Source: Paraspadella gotoi (lineage: Eukaryota; Animalia; Chaetognatha). From it: a DNA stretch of 64,000 bases. Below, piece by piece: positions 38,589 through 48,106 of the stretch. Positions within the stretch are counted from its first letter, which is position 1; the number at the start of each line of letters is the position of its first letter. Below the pieces are notes generated by a model. The model worked only from the letters and a program-made list of their open reading frames with translations. It was not told the DNA's origin and did not search any database. The stretch is taken from the NCBI GenBank assembly GCA_051294375.1, contig JBJCIZ010000239.1, positions 2,245,476 through 2,309,475 on the forward strand, written 5' to 3'. The translations under genes were made by a program, and so were the position numbers.

Positions 38589-39120
38589 TAAGGCGGGCCA
38601 AAATTGAACACTTTTTATAACTTATATTTATAACTTTATAACTAATTCTCTCAAAAAAAATTTCTTTTTTCCTTCTAAATCGATTTTCAATGCAACCTTT
38701 TGAATTAGTTCATTGGGTTGTTGCACTGAAGCTTTTAAATATTTATTAATATATAACAAATGACAAAATTTTTTTTTTTTAAATTATGTTTTAAGAACGG
38801 ATTCTTTAAGAGCTTGAAAAGTTAAATGAAAGTTAGTACTACATTTTTTAAAAATTTAAACAAGAAATTGGTTAAAAAAAATAAAATCAAACTTTGTTAA
38901 TCTCTCAAACAACGAAAAAGAAAGGATAATTAGCAAAAAAAAAATTGAAAAATTTAAAAAAAAATTTAACTTTATATAGTAATAAAATAATCTTTAAAGG
39001 CTTCCGTGCGCTTATTAATGAAATAATTTTTTAAAAATATTTTTATTTTCATATTCTCTAACAGTTACTTTACCATTATTTATTTGAGAGAACTTCTAGT
39101 TTTCAACCTGTTCCGGCCTA
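38589..39120. mobile_element. hAT-like MITE inserted in the LINE RT
   Basis: 8-bp TSD ATATTTAC at 38581-38588 and 39121-39128; imperfect TIR taaggcggg..ttgaacact / agttttcaa..ccggccta; removing it rejoins LFYIY-VFDI..FADD. Confidence 0.85.
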
Positions 39121-39563
39121 ATATTTACGTGTTTGATATTACAAGTAAGGTCCCGAAAATAGTAGAAAACAGTCAATTTGCCGATGACACAGCAAACTGG
39201 GTCACAAAAGTGTCTTTAGAGTTGTATCAATTTGAAATGAAAAGGACAATGGACGCCATCCAAAGGTGTTGTAGTAAATGGCGACTTAAGCTGGCCCCGG
39301 AAAAATGTCAGTTGATTATCTTTTCGAGAAAATGAAGAGCGCTATTTGGAAAACTTGACTTAGAATTATTTGGGGAAAAAATTGGGGTCGTACGGGAAGC
39401 AATATTTTTTGGGAGTTACTTTTGACAGTAAATTAAATTGGAACATCCACATAGATAACCTCTCTAAACAAATGATACAAAGATGTGGTGTCTTATCCAA
39501 ATTACGCTACAAATATAAATATTTATGTAGTATGGTGGACTAAAATCCACCAACCGTTCATCA

Positions 39564-39635
39564 GCGGCCATTGGTGCCGGAGGCAAGTCATTCGCATCCC
39601 AACCCAAAAGTCCGGGGTTCTAGCCCGGTGGTCGC
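39564..39635 (+). promoter_or_regulatory. tRNA-Gly-like Pol III cassette in the TRIM-A LTR
   Basis: 72 nt; acceptor stem gcggcca/tggtcgc, A-box-like TGGTGCCGGAGG, B-box-like GGTTCTAGCCC, loop (c/a)tcccaa; the anticodon stem is broken, so this is not a functional tRNA. Confidence 0.75.
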
Positions 39636-40059
39636 CTAGCAGTTAAGAGGGACGGGGCGCTTAACCCACCTGTAACACGGTGTTACAGCCTGGTCAGAAG
39701 CTCAGGGACTGCTTATATTGAACGGTTCTGTCACTAACACATAACAATTATTACTGTCTCTTCATTGGTGAGCCCGACTTCCGAACACAACAGCAACAAC
39801 AACACTTTCAGGCGACATATCTCAACCTGGCGATTCACTTTCCGCCCACAACACATCAGGTGACATGCCTCAACTTGGTGACGAACTTTCTACCAACAAC
39901 AACAATTCACTGAAGAGACGCAACAGACTTCTCCCTACGGGAGGGGGGATGTATGGTGGACTAAAATCCACCAACCGTTCATCAGCGGCCATTGGTGCCA
40001 GAGGCAAGTCATTCGCCGCCCAACCCAAAGGTCCAGGGTTCTAGCCCGGTGATCGCCTC

Positions 40060-40134
40060 GCAATGAAGAGGGACGGGGCGCTTAACCCGCCTGTTACACG
40101 GTGTTACAGCCTGATCCGAAGCTCAGGGACTGCT
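40060..40134 (+). ncRNA. P5-type twister motif in the TRIM-A 3' LTR
   Basis: gagg GA cgg ggcgct T|AA ccc gcc [P3] g cctga TCCGAAGC tcagg; predicted cut 40083/40084. Confidence 0.75.
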
Positions 40135-41219
40135 TATATTGAACGGTTTTGTCACTAACACAACAATAATTATAATATCGTCACGCATAAAACGGGGTAA
40201 ATCTTTTCTCAATCGAGTAAACAAAAATATTTCGGAATGTTCTTTACAGTTTTTTTTAAATTTTAGATTTTTTTTTTCAGAATTTCTTTTTCTATATTTT
40301 TTTCCTTTAATTTTTTTTTAAAAGAATTAATTCCTAATTACTAAGGTAGGGATTAGCAGTATTCGACGAAATTTTTATTTTTCTATCGGCCGAAAAATAA
40401 TAGGGAATTTGATTCCAAAAAACAAGGCTTTTTGAAATATTTACTGTATGGAAAATACTAAAAAGAAAAATTTTCTTTTTTAAATCTAGGTACTGTAAGG
40501 GTAAGTCTAACTAAAAACCGAAAAATAATTTTTTAAATAATAAAAATATTGGAATAGTACAGAAAGCATTTTTTCTTTTTATTGTTGCGCAAAAACTAGG
40601 CTTTCCTCGCAAAACCTCTGGTTACAGGAGATGCAAATGGATTTTCTCTCAACAAATTGGTCATTCTTGATTCCCAAAAATGATGCGCAAAAATGCGCCA
40701 GCAGCAGTTCTGGCGATAGTCATTTTATATCATCTTCCTATTGTATATTAAGGCCTATGAATCATCAATACATATGAAACTGATATAATATATTATTATG
40801 ATCTTAAGATTTATTATGCCTTTTTCTGCTTACAAAAATTCCTCCTTTGCAAAATATACTTGATACTATAATTATTATAATGGGTAATATCTTTATTTAT
40901 AGTCTTTTTTAACTAAGTTCAAATATAAACCTAAAGAGCCATTGTTTATCCACAATTTCTGATACTTTTAATAAAATTGATCCACTGACTTTTTACGTGG
41001 TGTATCTTTGTTTCTTTTTATCTATGATTTGAGATTTATTTTCGGTATTCGTTTTTTCTTTGATTTTAAAGAATCAAAACCGAAAATAATCGACTTAGAA
41101 TCGGAGATTGTATAAAAATAAAAGAAAAAAGAAAAGGGAGGAAAGGGAAAGAGATAAAGTGACGCAGTTTTACGTCAATTTACGCCATTCTACGCCAAAG
41201 CATCTTAACTTAATAGTTT

Positions 41220-41590
41220 ATTTGGAAAATGAAAAAAGTTTTTATGCCACAAAATTAAATGATATTAATATGGTTTTCTGTTTATTTTACGACCATTCTA
41301 CGACAAACCTGTATAAAAAAGGCCGGGAAATATTTAAATCAACTTAACTGAGTAGTTTTTACTAGAAAATAACAAAAAGTTTTTACGCCACAGAGTTAGA
41401 TAATATTTATATCGTTTTTGTTCATTTTACGCCATTCTACGCCACATCTGTATGAAAAAGGCCGGATAATCTTTTAAACCACTTAACCGAATAGCTTTTA
41501 CTAGAAAATAATCAGAAAGTCTTTACGTCACATCATGAATCATATTAAACGGTTTTACCTTCATTTCACGCCATTTTACGCCACAATTCT
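41220..41590. repeat. ~140-bp tandem repeat (about 2.6 units) rich in tttacgcca motifs
   Basis: Units start at ~41222, ~41363 and ~41503 (gaaaat..aaagtttttacgccac..ttttacgccattctacgcca..aaaaaggccgg). Confidence 0.7.
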
Positions 41591-42149
41591 TTTCCAAATT
41601 TTAAATATAAACATTTACACTTATTTAACAAGATATATTTTAAAAATGTTTTTGGAAAAATCATTAACGCCACATATGTAACTAGGAAATAATACGTTTT
41701 GGCGTAGTTTTTACGCCACCAGCGCCAACAAACACGTAAAAAAAAAGAAATCAAATCTGAATCCAATATTACTATGTATTATTAATTTAAAAAAAAACGT
41801 TTTCAAAAATTTTTGTTGAATATCCTTGAGAGCAGAAAGGAGGCAGAAACGTTACTCCAAATTGACGTAAATCATTTGGCGTAAATCAAATATTTAAAAG
41901 TCAAACTTGGAATTAACGATTAAAGTACACTTCGTTAGGCTTAATATAAGGTTTAAAACCATTGAATGAAGAAAATCAGTATTTTTAAAATTTTTGTGCA
42001 ATACCCTAACTAAGGCTTTTAATAAATAATCTATACAAAATATCGAGAATGGTTTATTTCTTTAAACCTTTCATTCAAAATTCAAGTCATTGCTATGGTA
42101 AGAAAGAAAGAATAAGAGGAGGATGAAGCAGATGAGTAGGGTGAAAATC

Positions 42150-42182
<33 letters not shown>

Positions 42183-42484
42183 GAGAAAGAAAAGAAGAGT
42201 GTGGCAGTTATTAAAGAGACAAAGTTTGGAGAGAGGTCGTATGTTGATGCAGTCACAAGAGACTCTCAACAGAGTTAGCACTCTTTGCAGGTATAGTTGC
42301 CGCCGTCAAACCAGTCATCAGAATATTCGGAGAATCTAAAATTTATGATAAAAAGACAGATAAATCAAAAAAGAAAAGTAAAAACAGTTAAATTCTTTCT
42401 TAAGGATTTTCAAGAAGACGGTTCTCATTTCGTGCGGGCCATACCGTGAGACATATCCATGAATTTCAGTAACCAGTTGAAAGG

Positions 42485-43207
42485 TGGGAGTCTACGTCGT
42501 TCTTAGAAATCGAGGAAGACTTTTTCAATGGAGATTTTTGCTAAAATCTGACTACCAAACAATGTCAACGCCCCTGGGGAAAATTCAGTTAAAAAATAGA
42601 TGTAAAAATACTCGATTCCAATCCTGTTGCATCTGAAGGGCTCACATTTTTTTTCTCTTGACAAATAACCATCATTTTGACATCAAACAATCAAATTCAA
42701 ATGGACTGGTCCGCTCGGGAAAATATTTTCGACACAATTTTTATATATAAAATAAAGGGATTTCTCAATTTCAATACAATGTCAACGCATTTAACATATG
42801 TTGTGATTTTACAATAAACTTCAAATTCAGGAATCCGATAGCCATATGTCTGAAGGGCTCTCAAAATTTTTCTTTACATTTTATTTATTTATTTTAATAT
42901 GATACGATCATGGTAAAGTGAATTAGTCCATTTTGGTGAAATTTTTATTTAAAGTAAAAGTAAAAGAGGAGCGAACGATTGGAATTCTAAGAGTTTTCAA
43001 CCGGGAGTGAGATTCGGGAAAAATCTTCTATGGCGAAAATCTTCCGAAGAAGGGGTGGATTTTCCGAAGATTTTGGTTAATATTTTTTATATTTATGATC
43101 GGATTTTTTTAAAACTTAACAATAGCAATATTACCATCATTCTACATTGGTCGGTAAAAGAATATATTAAAAAAACCTCTGGCTTTTTTCGTCAGAGCTT
43201 AGTCCTA
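42485..43207. repeat. Inverted copy of the 28029-28750 repeat
   Basis: Ends ..gtcagagcttagtccta. Confidence 0.8.
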
Positions 43208-43439
43208 TGAAAGGTCTTTTCATCCTCTTGAATTCGCCGTATGCGAACAAAAAATTTGATCAGGGAAAATTAATAAAACGAAGAAAAGATAACTTAATTC
43301 GCAAATTCCAACGCGGTAAACGTTAAAACTATTCCTTTTCGGTTTTACCCTGTTTTATGCGTGATGTAATATTATATTAAATATAATAATCTCTTCAGTA
43401 GTAATATTATGTAGATATGTCGCTCCGNNNNNNNNNNCG

Positions 43440-46400
43440 ATCGAATCCTACATCCCCCCCAGACGAGGAAACGGAAGGAGACGAGGAAACTGTTTCTTCA
43501 CGGTTGGGCTCCACTTCGTTGTTTTGGTGGAGGATGTGCCGCAAGACCGCGCTATAATCTGGTCGTGTCGCGGCGTTGGCGCCTGGACGACAACAGGCAT
43601 CCGAAGGTTTCACTCTTGGGAATGGACGAAGGCCAGAACGGCGGCGTTGTCGGGGCGTTGGCGTTTCGCAACTGGGCGTCGACGGACCTGGGGACCGGGG
43701 AGACGTTTCTGCATGTCCGGTTGTAATAGGAGGCATTGACGCTGGAGTGGGTGCGGCCGGAACTGATTCGTTTTGCTCTTCGCCGCTGTTTTCTGTTGTT
43801 TCGACGCGAATTGGCGCCGGCAAAGGGCGGCGACGACCTCGGCGATTTCTCGATTCAACATGGCGAGGCGACGGAGGCGGAAGCGGCGGCGCCTGCGGTC
43901 CGGGAGGTTCCTCGTCTTCCAATGAGTCGTCGCAGACATTGGCGGGTTTTATTCGGGAAATAGCGACGGTCTCAATGCCTCTGCCGGGGATGTCGATTTT
44001 AAAGTTTAGATTGTCTCGCGCTGTGACACGGAAGGGGCCTTCGTAAGGGGCGGTGAGAGGCGGGTTAATGCCACCGCGCCGGATGAAGACATGTGTGGAC
44101 GTGGCTAGACTCTCTGGGAGATGTACCCGAGGTATTCGATGACTGCTGGTTGGCGCCGGTTGAAGGCGCTCTACTTCAAGGCGGAGCTCGTCTCTAAGGC
44201 GTTGGCGAGCTGCTCGTTCCTCCTCTGCAGATTGGCTCGGGCCAAGGACGTCGCCAGGCACCGTGAGGGCGTCTCCATAGACTAATTGTGCTGGGGAGGC
44301 GCCCACGTCTGGCTTAATGGTGGTGCGGATGGCTAGAAGCGCTGAGGGAAGTCGCCAGTACCAACCATTGGGATTGTCCGTGGCAATTGCGATGAGCGAC
44401 TCCTTCAGTCGGCGATGGAACCGCTCGACCAGTCCGTTGGCTTCTGGATGATAGGCTGCCGTCAAATGGAGTTGACAATCCCACGTTTTGGCGAGCTGTC
44501 TCCAGATCGTTGACGAAAATTGGGAGCCACGGTCCGTCGTGATTTCTGCAGGGATGCCGAATGTCGCGACCCAGTGATGTGCAAAGGCATCGGCGACAGT
44601 GGCCGCCGTAATGTCCTTAATCGGGACTGCCATTGGCCATCTTGTAAACCTGTCAACGGCAGTGAGAAGGTAGGTGAAGCCATTTGACGAAGGCATTTTG
44701 ACCAGGTCCACATTTACATGCTGGAAGCGGCGCGGTGGAACGCTGAATTCGCCGATTTCTGGGATAATGTGGCGCGTCACCTTGGCGCGTTGACAGGCGA
44801 CGCACTCACGCGCCCATCGCGTCACATCTGCACGCATCGATGGCCAAACAAATTTCTCGGCCACGGCGTCTCGCGTTCGCGCGACGCCCGGGTGGCCGAG
44901 TTCGTGGATCGTCTTGAAGACTTTGCGGCGCCATGCCTCCGGAACAAAGGGTCTTGGCGGGCCGTTGGAGAGATCCACTACGATGGATTCGTTGCCGAGT
45001 TGAATTCGACGGAAGTGTAGTCCCGTTGCTGGATCCTGTAAGAGCCGACAAAAATCTCGGTCTAGGGGCTGTTGGCGTGCCATTTCACGAAGGTCGATGC
45101 CTTGGTGCTGCACAGCAGATGCGACAAGGGCAAAATGCTCCGACTTCTCTGCGCTCAGGGGCTTGCTAGAAATGTCGGAGCCCTGATTCGGGCGTGATAG
45201 GGCATCGGCCACGACGTTGGCCTTTCCTTCGACGTGGCGGATGTCCGTCGTATATTCGGCGATGGCCGAGAGCTGGAATGTGTGACGGGCTGTTTGGGGT
45301 TCCGTCTTTTTGTGGAGCGCGTGAATCAAACTCATATGGTCGGTATACAAAACGAAAGCGCGCCCTTCCAGCCAGGGGCGGAAATGCCTGACAGCCCTAA
45401 AGGCGCCGTACAACTCCCTGTCAAAGGGCGGCCACTTCCGTTGGGCGTCGCTCAACTTGGCAGAGAAAAAGGCTAGCGGTTCCCAGCCTTGCGGTCCTCG
45501 CTGCTCCAGCACTGCTCCTACAGCATGGTCGGATGCGTCAGTAGTCAATGAGAGTGAGGCGCCGGTTTTTGGATGACGAAGGAGGACGGCATTCGCCAAG
45601 GCCTCTTTGACGGCGTCGAATCCTTGTTGGCACTCTGATGACCAATCGAGGCGGCGCGGTTTGCCTTTGAGGGCATCATAGAGTGGCGTCGCGTGGTGCG
45701 CTACTCTTGGAATGAATCTTCTGTAGTAGTTGACCATTCCAAGGAAACGCTGCAGTTCCTTGACGGTCGTTGGTGCTGTGGTTTGCCGCAGGGCGTCAAC
45801 CCGCTGGGGAAGTGGCTTCACGCCACTCGCGTCGACATGGTAGCCAAGAAACTCCAGTGACTCTTGGCCGAGAATGCATTTTTTCCGGTTGATCACCAGA
45901 CCATTCTCTTGCAGAGCCTCGAAGACCTCCTCCAGATCCTTTGAGTGCTGCTCGTCATCCTCGCTTGCCACAAGGATGTCGTCCAGATAGACATAAACCC
46001 GTGGTAAACCGCCGAGTATCTCATCCATCAACCGCTGAAAGTCTTGGCCAGCGTTTTTTAACCCAAAGGGTGTCCTTAGAAAAACGTACAGGCCAAACGG
46101 TGTGATAACCGCCGTCTTGGGGACGTCCTCGGTTGCCACCGGGATCTGGTGGTAACCTTTGAGTAGGTCAATCTTCGAGAAAACGTTCTTTCCATTCAGC
46201 TGGGCGTTGAAATCCGCCAGTAATTTCACCGGGTATCGGTCCGGGATCGTCTGAGCGTTTAACTGACGATAATCGCCGCAAACACGCCATCCTCCGTCTC
46301 CCTTGGGGACACAGTGCAGGGGCGATGACCATGGGCTCTTGGCCCGAACAGCGACTCCAAGCTCCACCATTTTGTCCAGTTCTGCCTTCGCGACCGCTAA

Positions 46401-47000
46401 TTTCTCTGGTGAAAGGCGACGTGCGCGTGCCTGACACGGGCGACCTTGCGTCGTAATATAATGGCGGATCCCATGCTTGGGTTCTTTTATTTCAAAGGTC
46501 GGCGTACACAAGGCAGGATAGCGGTCTAGCAATTTATAAAACTGATTGTCCTGACCTGCGAAATGGACATGGGAGGCGGTTTGGCCATATGCTCGGGCGC
46601 AAGCGATCGTCGAATAGTCTTTGAGATCAAGAAGCAAACCATCTCGGTGGTTGGGGGCGAGGAAGTATTGGGCGAGAAAGTCGGCGCCTAAAATACTTTG
46701 CGTCACGTCTGCTACTAGAACCTCGAAAGGGAAACGTCTGGGACCGAGAGTAATATTTTTGGTAACAGTTCCAAAACAAGCAATGGGTGTACCATTTGCG
46801 GCTTGCAGTTGCGGGCCGGAAGTGCCCGCGGCGCGTTGTTCAGGCGTGGGCGGAATTAATGAAAGCATCGCGCCTCCATCTATCAGCCACGCCCTTCCAT
46901 CGCTGGCGTCAACAACGTGGAGGAGATACGAATCTTGTGGTGAATGGTTGTCTTGGCGGGGAATGGCGTTCACCTGCGCCTTCCCGCCTGGCCGTTTCCC
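43440..47000 (-). CDS. pol: Pol polyprotein (protease, RT, RNase H, integrase with GPY/F), probably expressed by -1 frameshift
   Basis: LIDGGA..ILGADFL, RVCGDYRQLN, YLDD, TDASD, ADALSR, H-x4-H..C-x2-C, DRGSQF, PYEGPF; the ORF runs through the PPT into the LTR and the N gap. Confidence 0.95.
46955..47000 (-). promoter_or_regulatory. -1 ribosomal frameshift signal
   Basis: G GGA AAC in gag phase (47000-46994), 5-nt spacer, then hairpin ggcgggaaggcg-caggtgaa-cgccattccccgcc; a -1 shift enters the pol frame (RPGGKAQVNAIP). Confidence 0.85.
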
Positions 47001-48106
47001 GGCTTGGTGGCGCGCTTTTCACCGTAACGCGCGCAGCCTCTTTCACAGCGATAGGCTGCGTCTCCAAATTTCAGGTGAAATTGACAAACTTGCTTCAATC
47101 GAGAAGAGGTGGCGTTCTCGGGTTTTCCAGTTTGCGCGCCAGTGGCGCCGGGGGCGTGGTTTGGCCGAGCGGAAAAGGTGGGGCGTTCACGGCGTCGATT
47201 CACCGCATTGACCTCAGGGTGCTGCTCCTCCTCGCTGGAGAAGGAAAATTCGTCGTCGTGCGTGATGAGGTTGATTGATGAGGCGGCGCTCTTGTAGAGT
47301 GGCTTCCCGGCCGCGTCGAAGTGTTTGTCGGCTATGGCGGCCAGTTCCGCTGCCGTTGATGCTTCGGCGCGGTCCATGACATTCGCTTTGATCGACGACG
47401 GAAGACCTCTGATGACCAGCTCCTTTCGGATATCGTCGATCGTCACCGTCGACGATTTTTCCACAAGGCGGGCCAGGTGTTGTGACGGGCGCATGTCATC
47501 ACGGGCGATTTGGGCGTCGAGGAGCATCTCGGCCTGACGACGCTTCGTGAGACCGTATTCAGTGCGCAAGTAATCGATAAAAGCCGTCCACCTTGGCTCC
47601 GATGGCTCTCCGTACAGAAAGGCGTTGATACGTGGGTCGACGTCGACAGAAATTTTCGCCTCCAAAAAGGCGAATTTGTCCTTTGCTGTGATGACTTTTG
47701 CTCGCGTATACGCGGCTTCTATCCTTCTAATCCATATTTCGATGTTGTTGCGGTCGAAAGGCGGCAGGTCCGGTTTCTTAGGTTTCTCCGATCGGGCGAG
47801 CGCCTCCTGCGCGGCGCGCGTAGCGGCCATGGCGGCGTCTAGTGCCGCGCGAAGTGCTTCGACTTCAGTCTGTGTTGGCGGGGCCTCTGCCATATCCGCG
47901 GCGTCCGCGAAGGCTTCCGGATTGATCGGAGGAAAAACAAACACCGTTGGAGTCTCTGGGGCTCCTTGACCAACCGCTGGGGGAGCTGCGACCTCTTCGT
48001 CGGCGATGCCGGGCGAGGGAGAGAGACGACCGCGACCGAGTGAGGGTGGGGCGCGGAGAACGGCTGCTTGGGACCTCGTGGTGACGCTCGGAATTGGAGG
48101 CGGCAT
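46970..48106 (-). CDS. gag: Gag (378 aa) with CHCC nucleocapsid motif
   Basis: KPDLPPFDRNNIEIWIRRIEA.., CQFHLKFGDAAYRCERGC. Confidence 0.9.
   Translation of the reverse strand: MPPPIPSVTTRSQAAVLRAPPSLGRGRLSPSPGIADEEVAAPPAVGQGAPETPTVFVFPPINPEAFADAADMAEAPPTQTEVEALRAALDAAMAATRAAQEALARSEKPKKPDLPPFDRNNIEIWIRRIEAAYTRAKVITAKDKFAFLEAKISVDVDPRINAFLYGEPSEPRWTAFIDYLRTEYGLTKRRQAEMLLDAQIARDDMRPSQHLARLVEKSSTVTIDDIRKELVIRGLPSSIKANVMDRAEASTAAELAAIADKHFDAAGKPLYKSAASSINLITHDDEFSFSSEEEQHPEVNAVNRRRERPTFSARPNHAPGATGAQTGKPENATSSRLKQVCQFHLKFGDAAYRCERGCARYGEKRATKPGNGQAGRRR

Larger units (their letters stand above)
33675..39520 (+). pseudogene. Decayed non-LTR retrotransposon (probable ORF1 region plus APE endonuclease-RT ORF2) broken by insertions
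   Basis: IIQVNTNG (~36777), GSDH (~37243), FRLISLLCCVSKLYER, AFNRVWHDGLI, GCPQGGIISPDLFYIY, QFADDT; many stops and frameshifts; 5' boundary and ORF1 assignment uncertain. Confidence 0.85.
39531..40170 (+). mobile_element. TRIM family A (5' LTR 39531-39764, internal 39765-39951, 3' LTR truncated)
   Basis: PBS TGGTGAGCCCGAC at 39766-39778; PPT gggagggggga at 39939-39949 plus TG; LTR-to-LTR period 421 bp. Confidence 0.9.

Noticed and set aside
39564-39635. Functional tRNA-Gly gene, or a plain tRNA-SINE
   Set aside because: The anticodon stem is unpaired, there is no poly-A or simple-repeat tail, and the cassette lies inside LTRs with PBS, PPT and 4-bp TSDs.
28029-43207. A single 15-kb element bounded by ~720-bp terminal inverted repeats
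   Set aside because: Flanks (tcttacct vs tgaaaggt) show no TSD, the arms are clearly diverged, and no transposase or polymerase lies between them; dispersed copies are more likely.
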